A stretch of 64,000 nt of DNA from Candidatus Eiseniibacteriota bacterium (GTDB taxonomy: Bacteria; Eisenbacteria; RBG-16-71-46), in assembly GCA_035691845.1 (NCBI GenBank), contig DASSIN010000061.1:2950-66949 (forward strand), given 5' to 3'. Below the pieces are notes generated by a model that was given only the letters and a program-made list of their open reading frames with translations, did no database searches and had not been told where the DNA came from. Both the position numbers and the translations under genes were made by a program. Shown here piece after piece: positions 17,613-27,570 of this stretch; positions within the stretch are counted from its first letter, which is position 1; each line of letters opens with the position of its first letter.

Positions 17613-18881
17613 CTAGTGCCCGTGCGCGCCCTCGCCGGCTAACACGTCGGTCACGCGCACGGCGGGCCAGCGCGCGAAGAAGCCGCTGACGGCGAACCCG
17701 AACATGCCGAGGAAGCCCAGCATCACGCCGATCTCGGGCAGACCGATCCACAGGTGGTTGGGGCTGAACGACGGCATCACCAGCAGGTGACGCTCGAGCC
17801 ACATGCCGGCCATGATCACCACCGCGAACGCGGTGAGCCACACCGGGCTCTTCTTCGTGTACATGTTCATCAGCCCGAGGAACGGCAGCGCGAACACCAT
17901 GATGAACACCGCGAACGCGATCGGGCGCCACGGCTGCTCGAACCGCAGGAACACCCACCAGCTCTCGTCGGGGATGTTGGCGTACCAGATCACCAGGTAC
18001 TGGGCCCAGAACTCGTACACCCAGAAGATGCTGAACCCGAAGATCAGCTTGCCGATGTCCCAGAAGTGGTTGGGCGTGATCCACGCCTCGAGGCCGCGGC
18101 GCGCGCGCAGCTGCACGGCGATGAACGCGGTCATGCAGATGCCGTTCAGGTACGCGCCCATGAACACCCACCAGCCGAACAGGCCGCTGGCCCAGCTCGG
18201 CGACAGCGCCATGATGAAGTCCCACGCGAACACGGTGAACACGAACGCGAACGCCACCACGATCTGCGGCGACAGCATGGCGAGCTGGTTGCGCTCGAGC
18301 GTGGCCTCGGCGTCGTCGCCGCGCCAGTTGGCGGCCAGCTTCTCGTAGTGCGGGCGCAGCTCGGGGGCGACGTGGTCGCGCAGCAGCCACGCGTCGCGGC
18401 GCAGCGACACGCGCACGAGCCTGGTGATCAGCCACCACAGCAGGCCGAACCCGGCCAGCGTGCGCACCCACAGGAACGGCACGTTCAGGTACGGGCGCTG
18501 GCGCTCGAGCACGTGGTGCGTCCACGGCAGGTAGGTCCAGATGCCGGCGATCAGCATCACCAGCAGCGCGCCGAGCCCGTACGGCAGGTAGCTCGACAGC
18601 CCCTCGGCGATGCGCGTCACCGGGCCCGCCCAGCGGCCGTTTCCGAGCCGGATCGAGCATGCCAGCACGGCGGCGCCGATCGACACGCCCTCGAAGAACA
18701 CCATGTTGGCGCCGAACGTGCCCCACGCGCGCACCGGCTCCTTCCACAGCAGGAACACGAACGACAGCACGCCCACCGCCATCAGCGCGAACCACAACAG
18801 GCGGCGCGTGGGATTCTGGCGGCCGGGAATGCGGCGCGCGATGTCGGCCAGCACGGCCGTGCGGGCGGCGTCGGCGGTCAT
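17613..18881 (-). CDS. actF: Alternative complex III subunit ActF (NrfD-like membrane subunit)
   Basis: Polytopic membrane protein homologous to ActC. The ATG at 18879-18881 overlaps the actE stop (ATGA). Confidence 0.75.
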   Translation of the reverse strand: MTADAARTAVLADIARRIPGRQNPTRRLLWFALMAVGVLSFVFLLWKEPVRAWGTFGANMVFFEGVSIGAAVLACSIRLGNGRWAGPVTRIAEGLSSYLPYGLGALLVMLIAGIWTYLPWTHHVLERQRPYLNVPFLWVRTLAGFGLLWWLITRLVRVSLRRDAWLLRDHVAPELRPHYEKLAANWRGDDAEATLERNQLAMLSPQIVVAFAFVFTVFAWDFIMALSPSWASGLFGWWVFMGAYLNGICMTAFIAVQLRARRGLEAWITPNHFWDIGKLIFGFSIFWVYEFWAQYLVIWYANIPDESWWVFLRFEQPWRPIAFAVFIMVFALPFLGLMNMYTKKSPVWLTAFAVVIMAGMWLERHLLVMPSFSPNHLWIGLPEIGVMLGFLGMFGFAVSGFFARWPAVRVTDVLAGEGAHGH

Positions 18882-19450
18882 CGGGGGTTCGCCTGCTGCT
18901 GCTGGCGCAGGAAATGGATCAGGTCCCACGCCTCGGCCGCGGTCACCTGCGCGCCGTAGGACGGCATGATCGCCCCGCCGTGCCGGATGTAGGAGTAGAT
19001 CCAGCCGTCCTTCAGCCCGCGCGTGTGGGCGCCCTGCAGGTCGGGCGGCGGAATGAAGAACTGCGCCACCGGGCCGTTGCCCGCCAGCGAGGCGCCGTGG
19101 CAGGGGACGCACGTCTTCGCGAACTTGATGCGCCCGCGCTCCACCGAGGCGGCGCGGTCGGCGGCGGCGGTGCGGTCCACCATCGAGTCGGACATCGCCG
19201 TGCGCTGCTCGGGCGTCAGGTCGGTGCCGGCCAGCGGGCGCTCGATGCCTTCGATCGGCACGCTGGTGGAATCGGGCGCGCGCTCGATCACCTTCTGCGG
19301 CATGATCGCCACGCTCGAGCGCATGTCGCGCTTGTCGAAGTAGGTCAGGTGCACCCACGACTGCGTCACGTCGCGGCAGCCCTGCCGTGCCGAGTACCCG
19401 GCGAAGATCGCGATCGTGCCGATGCCAACCCAGCCGAGCAGCTTAAGCAT
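18878..19450 (-). CDS. actE: Alternative complex III subunit ActE (monoheme cytochrome c)
   Basis: Single CVPCH heme-binding motif, N-terminal TM anchor, ~190 aa. Confidence 0.75.
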   Translation of the reverse strand: MLKLLGWVGIGTIAIFAGYSARQGCRDVTQSWVHLTYFDKRDMRSSVAIMPQKVIERAPDSTSVPIEGIERPLAGTDLTPEQRTAMSDSMVDRTAAADRAASVERGRIKFAKTCVPCHGASLAGNGPVAQFFIPPPDLQGAHTRGLKDGWIYSYIRHGGAIMPSYGAQVTAAEAWDLIHFLRQQQQANPR

Positions 19451-19991
19451 GGACCGCCACCTCTTCCGCGCCCGCGCCGCGCAACAGGCCCTCCGCGCGC
19501 GCGGCGGCGTCGCCGGTGGCCGGCACCCAGATGCCGATCCGGTCCTCGCTGAAGCGCGGATCGTACGGCGCCTTGCTGCGCACCTGCGGCAGCCGGCCCA
19601 ACGCCAGCATGCCGATCAGGTTGAACACGCCGCCGAGCAGGATCATCGACTCGTATGCGATGGTGACGAACGGCGGGATCGACACCAGCTCCTTGCCGGC
19701 CGTGATCAGCGGCCACGACAGCACCGAGTAGATGCACAGCGCGAATCCGCCGGTGAGCCCGCACGCGCCGCCGACGAAACACACCCAGCGCACCAGCGAC
19801 GGGCCCTGCTCCATCGCGCGCTCCAGGTCGTGGAACGGCACCGGCGAGAACACGCTGATGCCGCGCATCCCCGACTGGCGCAGCGCGTCGATCGCGTCCT
19901 TGGCGTCGTCCACGTACACGAAGATGCCCATCACGCCGCGGTACTCGGGCGCGGGCGGCAGGAACGGCCGAAGCAGCGCCGGGGCCTTCAT
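19443..19991 (-). CDS. actD: Alternative complex III subunit ActD (small membrane subunit)
   Basis: ~180 aa with two hydrophobic segments, sitting between actC and actE as in canonical ACIII operons. The start overlaps the actC stop. Confidence 0.65.
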   Translation of the reverse strand: MKAPALLRPFLPPAPEYRGVMGIFVYVDDAKDAIDALRQSGMRGISVFSPVPFHDLERAMEQGPSLVRWVCFVGGACGLTGGFALCIYSVLSWPLITAGKELVSIPPFVTIAYESMILLGGVFNLIGMLALGRLPQVRSKAPYDPRFSEDRIGIWVPATGDAAARAEGLLRGAGAEEVAVHA

Positions 19992-21403
19992 GCGCGCCTC
20001 CGGCGGCGGAACGGCGCCGGCAGCGTCTCCTTGATCTCCGCCACCGAGATCGCCGGCAGCGTGCGCACGAAGATCAGGAAGAACATGAAGAACCACGCGA
20101 ACGCGCCCATGGTGATGGCGAACTCGGTCCACGACATCTTGTAGTTGACCGCCCAGCTGTAGGGCTCGAACGGCCGCGCCAGCGACGTCACGATGATCAC
20201 GAACCGCTCGAACCACATGCCGACGTTCACGAACAGGCACAGCACGAACATCACGGCCATGTTGCGGCGCACCTGCTTGAACCACATCAGCAGCGGCAGG
20301 AACACGTTGCAGGTGATCATGATCCACGTGGCCCACCAGAAGTGGCCGAAGTAGCGGTAGAAGAACGTCTCGCGTTCGTAGCTGCTGGGGCCGTACCAGG
20401 CGATGAAGATCTCGCACAGGTACGAGTAGCCGACGATGGTGGAGGTGAGCAGCACCAGCTTGCCCAGCTTCTCCATGTGGTCGAGCGTGATGACGTGCTC
20501 GAGCCGGAACGCCTTGCGGATCACGACCAGCAGGTTGATGACGAGCGCGACGCCGGAGAAGATCGCGCCGGCCACGAAGTACGGCGCGAAGATGGTCGAG
20601 TGCCACCCCGGCACCTGCGCCATGGCGAAGTCCCACGACACCACCGAGTGCACCGACAGCACCAGCGGCGTGCACAGCGCGGCGAAGTACAGGTACGCGC
20701 CGTAGAAGTGCTTCCACTGCGTGTTGCCGCCGGTCCAGCCGAACGACAGCACGGTGTAGGTGGCCTTGAGGATCTTGTTCTTCACCTGATCGCGCGCCAC
20801 GGCGATGTCGGGGATCAGCCCCACTAGGAAGAAGATGCTGGACAGCGTCAGGTAGGTGGACACCGCGAACACGTCCCACTCCAGCGGCGAGCGGAAGTTG
20901 GGCCACAGCTGGCGCTGATTGGGGTACGGCACCAGCCAGTACGCGAACCACGGGCGCCCGGTGTGCAGGATCGGGAACAGTCCGGCGGTGAGCACGCCGA
21001 ACACCGTCATCGCCTCGGCCACGCGGTACACGGCGCGGCGGAAGTGCGAGCGGAACAGGAACAGGATCGCCGACACCAGCGTGCCGCAGTGCGCGATGCC
21101 GACCCAGAACACGAAGTTGGTGATGTACGCGGCCCACATCACCGGCCGTGTGTAACCGGCCACGCCCAGGCCCAGCACGATCTGGTTGCGCAGGCAGATG
21201 CCGCCCGTCAGCAGCACCGCCAGGTCGAAGATGAACGCCGCCCACCACACCGGCCCGGGCGTGCTGATCATCCGCATCATGTCGCGGTTGATGGACGCGA
21301 ACGTCACCGGCGGACGCGGCTCGGACGAGCGCTCGGCGTCGTGCGACTCGCGCTCCACCTCCATCGCCGGCGGGGTGGTGAAGTCGTCCGGGCGGTCGGT
21401 CAT
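19988..21403 (-). CDS. actC: Alternative complex III subunit ActC (NrfD/PsrC-like quinol-interacting membrane subunit)
   Basis: 471 aa and about 10 TM helices. The start ATG (21401-21403) overlaps the actB stop. Confidence 0.8.
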   Translation of the reverse strand: MTDRPDDFTTPPAMEVERESHDAERSSEPRPPVTFASINRDMMRMISTPGPVWWAAFIFDLAVLLTGGICLRNQIVLGLGVAGYTRPVMWAAYITNFVFWVGIAHCGTLVSAILFLFRSHFRRAVYRVAEAMTVFGVLTAGLFPILHTGRPWFAYWLVPYPNQRQLWPNFRSPLEWDVFAVSTYLTLSSIFFLVGLIPDIAVARDQVKNKILKATYTVLSFGWTGGNTQWKHFYGAYLYFAALCTPLVLSVHSVVSWDFAMAQVPGWHSTIFAPYFVAGAIFSGVALVINLLVVIRKAFRLEHVITLDHMEKLGKLVLLTSTIVGYSYLCEIFIAWYGPSSYERETFFYRYFGHFWWATWIMITCNVFLPLLMWFKQVRRNMAVMFVLCLFVNVGMWFERFVIIVTSLARPFEPYSWAVNYKMSWTEFAITMGAFAWFFMFFLIFVRTLPAISVAEIKETLPAPFRRRRRA

Positions 21404-24400
21404 GCGTTCTCCGGCGCGCGGTCGATCTTGCGCAGATAGGTGATGCCGGGCTTGGTGTTGAGATCGTTGAGCGCCCAGTAGCGCCGCGGGCCCGCGTTCG
21501 AGAGCTGCGCCACGCGCGAGTTCGGGTCCATCAGGTCGCCGAACACGATCGCCTGGCTCGGGCACGACTGCTGGCACGCCGTCAGGATGTCGCCGTCCTT
21601 CAAGCTGCGGTTCTCGTCGCGCGCCTTGCCCTTGCCCTCGAGGATGCGCTGCACGCAGAACGTGCACTTCTCCATCACGCCCTTCGAGCGCACGGTGACG
21701 TCGGGGTTCAGCTGCCAGTTCAGCGGCTCGGGGAACGCGAACGTCCCCTTTTCGGGCGCGGCGTAGTCGAACCAGTTGAACGCGCGCACCTTGTAGGGGC
21801 AGTTGTTGGAGCAGTAGCGCGTGCCGACGCAGCGGTTGTAGACCTGCGCGTTCAGGCCCTCGGGGTTGTGGTAGGTGGCGTACACGGGACACACCGGCTC
21901 GCACGGCGCGTCGGTGCACTGCTGGCACATCATCGGCAGGAACCGCACGTCGTTCTTCCCGCCCGTGATCTTTTCCTCGTAGCGCTCGATGCGGATCCAC
22001 GACATGTCGCGCCCGCGCATGATCATGTCGGGCCCGACCGCCGGGATGTTGTTCTCGGCATAGCACGCCACCACGCACGCGCCGCAGCCGTTGCAGGTGT
22101 TGACGTCGATCGCCATCGCCCAGCGGTGGCGCTGGTTGGGATTGGAGTAGCTGCCGGCGGCGACCGGGATCTGGCGCTCGCTGCGGAACGGCTCGTCGGG
22201 CTGGGACGCATGCACGGCCTGCGAGGGAATCGTCTCGCCCGGCTTCATGCGGTGCGGCTCGCTGGTCTCGCCCGGGCGCGTCATCGCCTTCTCCAGCTCG
22301 GGCGACAGCTCGTAGCGCTCGGGGTGCGGCGGCGACCACGACCCGGCGGCGCCGGCGGCCAGCAGCGCGGAGACCGGGATCACCTGCGCCACGGCGCGCG
22401 TGCCCTGGAACTTCTCCGGCTGGGCCAGCGCGATCCCCGGCGTGCCCGCGGCCTTCGCCACGCGCGCCCTGGTCGCCAGGTACGCGAGCGCGCCGCTCGC
22501 CTGGTCCACCGCCTGCGGCAGCAGCGCGAGCGCGCGCACGCCGCGGCCCTTGGCGTAGCGGCCGTAGGAGGTGTGGCCCTGACCCAGCGGAATCGCGATC
22601 GTGTCCTCGCGGATCGCGGGCGTCACGTAGGCGGGCGCGGTCAGCTTGCCGGCCGGCGTCGTCACCTGCACCAGCTCGCCGGTCTCGACGCCGAGCGATT
22701 TCGCCGTGGCGGGGTTCAGCTCGACCCACGAGCCCCACGTGGCGCTCGTCACCGGATCGGGCAGCTCCTGCAGCCACGCCTTGTTGGCCCCGCGGCCGTC
22801 GTGCAGCACGCTCGGGAACAACACCAGGAACTTGTCGCCATCGCCCGCGAACGTGGGCGCCGCGAACGTCGCGCTGCCGCCGCCCGCGCTCGCCGCGCCG
22901 CCGGCCGGAAGCTGCGCCGGGAACACGCCGCCCTGCTGCACCACGCGGTCCCACGCCGCCTGGCCGGCGCCGGTGCGGCCCTGCCAGTGCGCCTTGAGGT
23001 AGTCGAGCCACGTGGCCTGCGCGATCCCGCCGAACCCGGCGGACTTCGCCAGCGCGATCAGGATGTCGCCGGCCGGACGCGCATCCATCATCGGCAGCGG
23101 CTGCATCGTCGGCTGCGACAGCGTGGTGACGCCCGGGATCGGCGCCGCGTCGCCCCAGCTCTCGAGCCAGTGCTGGGTCGGCAGGATCACGTCGCAGCGC
23201 TCGGCGGTCTCGTCCATCACCCCGGTCAGCGCCACCTTGAAGGGCACCTTGTCCATCGCGGCGGCGAACCCCGCCCAGTCGGGCACGCCGTACGCGGGAT
23301 TGGCGCCCTCGACCACCAGCGCCTGCACCTGCCCCTGCGCCATGCCCTGAATCAGCTTCTGAAGGTCGGCGAAGCTCGCGACGCCGCCGAAGTCGAGCGC
23401 CAGATCGGGACGCACCGTCTGGCCGACGTTGCCGGCCACGCGGTTCAGCAGGTTGACGGCCGCCACCAGCGCCGTCGCCTGATCGCTCTGCGCGCTGACG
23501 CCGCCCGCCACCGCCAGCGAGGGCTTCGCCTTGGCGAACGCGCGCGCCAGACGCACGATCGTGTCCGCCGGCACGCCCGCCTGCGCCGAAGCCGCCTCGG
23601 GCGTCCACGCCGACAGATCCGCGCCGGCCGCGCCGCCGCCTTCCTTCGCGATCACGTTGGCCATCGCCAGCGCCACCGCGATCTCGCCGCCGGGCTTGAC
23701 CGGAACCCACTCGTCCGCGTTCGAGCCCGTGGCCGACATCCGCGGCTCGACCGCCACGAACGTGCCGGCCTCGGGACGCGCGCGCATGGCGGCGAAGTCG
23801 CGCGCCTGCGCCGTGGGCGCGCCGTAGCTGCCGAGGAAGTCGGCGCCGAACGACACCACCATGTTGGCCTTGGCGAAGTCGAGCCACGGCACGCCGTCGC
23901 GGCCGAAGCTCTGCTTCGCCGCGGCGCGCACCGGCTCGTAGGCGAACGGCTCGTACATCAGGTGCGTGCCGCCCGCGCCCGCCGCCCACTCGCCCGCCAG
24001 CGTGGCGAACGTGCCGGTATGGTGCCGGGTGACGAGCGCCACGTGGCCCTTGGCCGCGCCCAGCTTCTGCGCCACGAGGCTCATCGCCTCGTCCCACCTG
24101 GCCGGCCTCCACGCGCCACCCTGCCTGATCATCGGCGTGCGCACCCGGTCGGGGTCGTACAGGCCCTGCAGCGCCGCCTGGCCGCGCGCGCACAGCCCGC
24201 CGCGGTTCAGGGGATGCGCGGGGTTGCCCTCGATCTTGATGGTGCGCCCTTCGCGCGCCTTGACCAGGATGCCGCAGCCGGCGGAGCACTCCTGGCACGT
24301 GCTCGCGTACCAGTTGGCCACACCCGGCAGCACGTCCGCCGGCGGCACCAGGTAGGGGATCAGCTTGTCGGCCTTGCGCGGCGCGCAGCCGGCGGCGCCG

Positions 24401-24462
24401 GCGGTGCCGATGCCGACCAGCTTCAGGAACTCGCGGCGCGAGAACGGCGCGTTGGCGCTCAT
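21400..24462 (-). CDS. actB: Alternative complex III subunit ActB (molybdopterin-oxidoreductase-like domain fused to a 4Fe-4S ferredoxin domain; Tat signal)
   Basis: Twin-arginine signal SRREFLKLVGIGTAGAAG. The N-terminal Cys cluster CQEC..C resembles the MopB family. Multiple CxxCxxCxxxCP ferredoxin motifs in the C-terminal third. 1020 aa. Confidence 0.85.
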   Translation of the reverse strand: MSANAPFSRREFLKLVGIGTAGAAGCAPRKADKLIPYLVPPADVLPGVANWYASTCQECSAGCGILVKAREGRTIKIEGNPAHPLNRGGLCARGQAALQGLYDPDRVRTPMIRQGGAWRPARWDEAMSLVAQKLGAAKGHVALVTRHHTGTFATLAGEWAAGAGGTHLMYEPFAYEPVRAAAKQSFGRDGVPWLDFAKANMVVSFGADFLGSYGAPTAQARDFAAMRARPEAGTFVAVEPRMSATGSNADEWVPVKPGGEIAVALAMANVIAKEGGGAAGADLSAWTPEAASAQAGVPADTIVRLARAFAKAKPSLAVAGGVSAQSDQATALVAAVNLLNRVAGNVGQTVRPDLALDFGGVASFADLQKLIQGMAQGQVQALVVEGANPAYGVPDWAGFAAAMDKVPFKVALTGVMDETAERCDVILPTQHWLESWGDAAPIPGVTTLSQPTMQPLPMMDARPAGDILIALAKSAGFGGIAQATWLDYLKAHWQGRTGAGQAAWDRVVQQGGVFPAQLPAGGAASAGGGSATFAAPTFAGDGDKFLVLFPSVLHDGRGANKAWLQELPDPVTSATWGSWVELNPATAKSLGVETGELVQVTTPAGKLTAPAYVTPAIREDTIAIPLGQGHTSYGRYAKGRGVRALALLPQAVDQASGALAYLATRARVAKAAGTPGIALAQPEKFQGTRAVAQVIPVSALLAAGAAGSWSPPHPERYELSPELEKAMTRPGETSEPHRMKPGETIPSQAVHASQPDEPFRSERQIPVAAGSYSNPNQRHRWAMAIDVNTCNGCGACVVACYAENNIPAVGPDMIMRGRDMSWIRIERYEEKITGGKNDVRFLPMMCQQCTDAPCEPVCPVYATYHNPEGLNAQVYNRCVGTRYCSNNCPYKVRAFNWFDYAAPEKGTFAFPEPLNWQLNPDVTVRSKGVMEKCTFCVQRILEGKGKARDENRSLKDGDILTACQQSCPSQAIVFGDLMDPNSRVAQLSNAGPRRYWALNDLNTKPGITYLRKIDRAPENA

Positions 24463-24484
24463 CGGGCGACCCTCGGGCGCGGGC

Positions 24485-25012
24485 TCAATGGTGACACGTC
24501 AGGCAGTCCATGCTGGCGGGGCGCGCCGGGTTGTTGAGGTTGTCGCGGTGGCACGACACGCACCAGCCCATCTTGAGCGACGGATACTGGTACACCACCT
24601 TCATCGTCTGCACCGGCCCGTGGCACTGCTGGCACGCGAACCCGGCGCGCACGTGGCGCTCGTGGTTGAACTTCACGTGATCGGGCAGCCGGTAGACCTC
24701 GACCCACGGCACCTGCTCGTGGCGGTTCCAGTAGCCCGTCAACTTCTGGATCTCGGGCCGGTCGGTGACCGCGATCTTGTGGCACCCCATGCACGTGCCG
24801 AGCGAGGGGATGTCGGCGATCGGGGACTTCTCGGCGCTGTAGTGGCAGTAGGTGCAGTCCATCCCGAGCTTCCCGGCGTGGATGTCGTGCGGGAACTTGA
24901 TCGGCTGCTCGGGTCCGCGCCGGGCGGGAAGCTCGGTCGTGAACGACTGCGTGAACGCCACCGTGCCGGCGGCGAAGGCAACTATCGCGATGGCGGGGAT
25001 GAGGAGCTTCAT
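24485..25012 (-). CDS. actA: Alternative complex III subunit ActA (pentaheme cytochrome c)
   Basis: Five CxxCH motifs (CTYCH, CMGCH, CQQCH, CVSCH, CLTCH) and an N-terminal TM/signal segment. 175 aa. Confidence 0.85.
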   Translation of the reverse strand: MKLLIPAIAIVAFAAGTVAFTQSFTTELPARRGPEQPIKFPHDIHAGKLGMDCTYCHYSAEKSPIADIPSLGTCMGCHKIAVTDRPEIQKLTGYWNRHEQVPWVEVYRLPDHVKFNHERHVRAGFACQQCHGPVQTMKVVYQYPSLKMGWCVSCHRDNLNNPARPASMDCLTCHH

Positions 25013-25185
25013 CGGACCGGCGCGCACCCTAACCGCCGGTCCGGGGGATGTCAACGGGCTTGTGAAAATGGGCACAAGGTCCGGGGAAGCTCTGGCAATC
25101 GGCGGGACTGGACCGCTGACCCTGGTGAGCGACCGTCTGCCACCGAGCGGCCCCGCAGCGCTCCGCCCGGGCGGCCGCCGGCGGT

Positions 25186-26640
25186 TCACCGCCCGCGGAT
25201 GATGACCTTGAGCAGCGTGCCCGCGGCCACGCGATCGCCGGGCTGCACGTCGTTCAGGATGGCGTCGTCGTCGACGTCCGCCGCGCGCGAGCCCATCCGC
25301 TGCACCACGCTGGCGAAGCTGCCGGCGACCGGCGCCTCCTGCACGCGCACGCGGTCGGGGCGCACGTCGAGCAGCGCGGGATCGCTCACGTTGCGGAACG
25401 AGCGCATGGTGTCGAACTCGCGCTGATCGTCGTCGCCGCCATTCGATGCGCCCAGGATCTGGAACATGCGGTCGTCCTTGCGGATGAACGCTGCGGCCAG
25501 CGTGGCCTGCACCGGCTGGCCCTGCGCGTTCTGGCCGGCCACCTCGACGTGGCCGACCCACGCCGGCAGCCCGCCCACCGACTCGAGCTGGCCGCGGCGC
25601 GCCGTGATCTTGCCGGCCGCCTGGAGCTGATCCACGTACGCGCCCGGGGACGCGCCCTTCGCGTCCACGATCGACACCTGCATCGCGGCGCTCTGGTCGG
25701 ACTTGGCCGCCGTCACCGCCTGCTGGGTGTCCTGGTGCTGCCAGCCGGACGGGAACGTGACCTCGAACGCGAGCGAGGGGTTCACGTAGCGGTCGCCGGT
25801 GAAGTAGCCGTGGCGCGGATCGGACCCGAACACGATGTTGTTCATGCGCCGGACGTATGGCTCGCGCACCACCAGCAGCCCGCTCTTCCCCGCCGTCGCC
25901 TGCTGCGACAGCTGGGTGGTGCGCTGCTCGCGGTCGCCGGGGTCGGGATGGGTGGACAGGAACCCGGGCAGGCGCTGCCCGGCCTTGTCGCCGACGCGCT
26001 TCAGCATCGCGTAGGTGAGCGGCATCTGGCGCGAGTCGTAGCCGGCCTGGGTCGCGTACTGGACGCCCAGCTCGTCGGCCTCGGTCTCGTCCTGCCGGCT
26101 GTAGCGCAGGAACAGCAGCCCCAGCGCCTGCTGCGCCACCCCGCCGAACTGCCGGAACGTGGACGAGGTCGCCGATGCGATCCCGAGCCCGAGCCCGTAG
26201 AGCTGCTGCTGGGTCATCTGCTCGGCCGTGTGGCGGTGGGTGACGTGCCCGCACTCGTGCCCGAGCACGCCCGCGAGCTGCGCCTCGCTGTCCAGATACG
26301 GCAGGATCCCGCGCGTGACGAAGATGTAGCCGCCCGGCATCGCGAACGCGTTCACCGACGGATCGTCGATCAGCGTGAACGTCCAGCCGAGATCGGGCTG
26401 GTGCGACGCGTGCGCCACCTTCTGCCCCACCTGGTTCACGTACGCCTGCAGATCGGCGTCGTCGTACTTGCCGTACTGCTGGATGGTCTCGTTGTAGCCC
26501 TGCAGCCCGAGCGTCTTCTCCTGCCCCGGGCTCACGAGCGACAGCTCTCGGCGGCCGGTGACGGGATTGGTGGCGCACGCCGCCACGAACGCCAGCGCCG
26601 CCGCGATGGCGAGCGCCGCCCACCCTCTGGTCCCGAGCAT
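25186..26640 (-). CDS. M48-family zinc metallopeptidase lipoprotein (BepA/YfgC-like) with C-terminal extension
   Basis: Lipobox LAFVAAC. HExxH as HECGH plus a downstream ETEADE region. A strong GGGAGGA Shine-Dalgarno lies 5 nt before the ATG at 26638-26640. Confidence 0.7.
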   Translation of the reverse strand: MLGTRGWAALAIAAALAFVAACATNPVTGRRELSLVSPGQEKTLGLQGYNETIQQYGKYDDADLQAYVNQVGQKVAHASHQPDLGWTFTLIDDPSVNAFAMPGGYIFVTRGILPYLDSEAQLAGVLGHECGHVTHRHTAEQMTQQQLYGLGLGIASATSSTFRQFGGVAQQALGLLFLRYSRQDETEADELGVQYATQAGYDSRQMPLTYAMLKRVGDKAGQRLPGFLSTHPDPGDREQRTTQLSQQATAGKSGLLVVREPYVRRMNNIVFGSDPRHGYFTGDRYVNPSLAFEVTFPSGWQHQDTQQAVTAAKSDQSAAMQVSIVDAKGASPGAYVDQLQAAGKITARRGQLESVGGLPAWVGHVEVAGQNAQGQPVQATLAAAFIRKDDRMFQILGASNGGDDDQREFDTMRSFRNVSDPALLDVRPDRVRVQEAPVAGSFASVVQRMGSRAADVDDDAILNDVQPGDRVAAGTLLKVIIRGR

Positions 26641-27126
26641 CGATCCTCCCTGCGGCGTTGGCCGCGGTCTGGCGCGCCCTGGCCGGGACGGCTCGGCCTC
26701 GGTCGCGCGCGGGAATCCGGCCGCCACGAGCTCGGCGCGCACGCGTGCCTCGAGCCCGTAGGCCGGCAGCTCGCGGCGGTGGCGGCGGTAGCCGCGCCAC
26801 GCCAGCTCGAGCAGGTAGCTCCACGCCGTCATCCCGCTCCGGTACTGGCCGACGTGCACCAGCTCGTGCGCGAGCAGCGCGAGCCCGTCGGCCGTGCGCG
26901 TGTCGCACGCCCCGCGGCGGAAGTGGATGGTGCGCCCGCGCGTGAGCCCGATCACCTGGGAGAGCGGGGCCATGTACCACGGCAGCCCGTGCTCGCGGAT
27001 GCGCGCGGCCTCCAGGTCCGCGGCCGGGAGGTGCCGGGCGAGCGCCGCCTTCTCGGCCGCGGCGAGCGGCCGGCCGGCGCGGGAGCGCCGTGCCCGGGAT
27101 CGCGGAACTGCGTTAGGGTATGGCAT
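26641..27126 (-). CDS. DUF4157-like (HExxH, eCIS-core-type) domain ORF, in frame with the downstream M48 peptidase and lacking its own stop
   Basis: GLTRGRTIHFRRGACDTRTADGLALLAHELVHVGQY matches the DUF4157 core (grtI.f.....d...........LLaHELtHVvQ). There is no stop codon between it and the M48 ORF. The start was chosen at MPYPN (27124-27126). Confidence 0.35.
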
Positions 27127-27144
27127 GAGGGCGGAATCTAATCT

Positions 27145-27570
27145 ATGGTCTGCCGGATGTTCGAGCGCACCTTTCCCCGGGCCCTGGGCAGCCTGGAGCC
27201 GATGTTCGCGTTCGTCACCGAATTCGCGTCCGCGCAACGCCTTTCGCCCGCGGCCACCGGCGATCTGACGCTGATTGCCGAGGAGTTGTTCACGAACTGC
27301 GTCAAGTATGGCGGGGGCCCGGAGGGGGTCGCGATCGGCCTCGATCGCCAGGGGGCCGAGGTGACGCTCCGGCTCGTGGATCCCGGTGCCAGGCCGTTCG
27401 ACCCCACCGCCGCGCCGGCGGCCGACGTGGCGGCGCCGATCGAGGCCCGGCGGGCGGGCGGCCTGGGGATTCATCTGGTGCGCAGCATCGCCCGCGAGCT
27501 GCGCTATGCGCGCGAAGGCGGCGCCAACGTGGTGACCGCGGTGATTGGGACGGAGGGGGCGGAGGGCTGA
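27145..27570 (+). CDS. Anti-sigma regulatory factor (RsbW/SpoIIAB-like Ser/Thr kinase, HATPase_c)
   Basis: Bergerat-fold motifs: E..TNCVKYG (N-box) and GGLGIHLVRSIA (G-box). 141 aa. Confidence 0.6.
   Translation: MVCRMFERTFPRALGSLEPMFAFVTEFASAQRLSPAATGDLTLIAEELFTNCVKYGGGPEGVAIGLDRQGAEVTLRLVDPGARPFDPTAAPAADVAAPIEARRAGGLGIHLVRSIARELRYAREGGANVVTAVIGTEGAEG

Noticed and set aside
26641-27126. Calling the DUF4157-like region a separate, complete gene
   Set aside because: There is no stop codon before the M48 start. It is reported as an in-frame extension or read-through, not an independent CDS.
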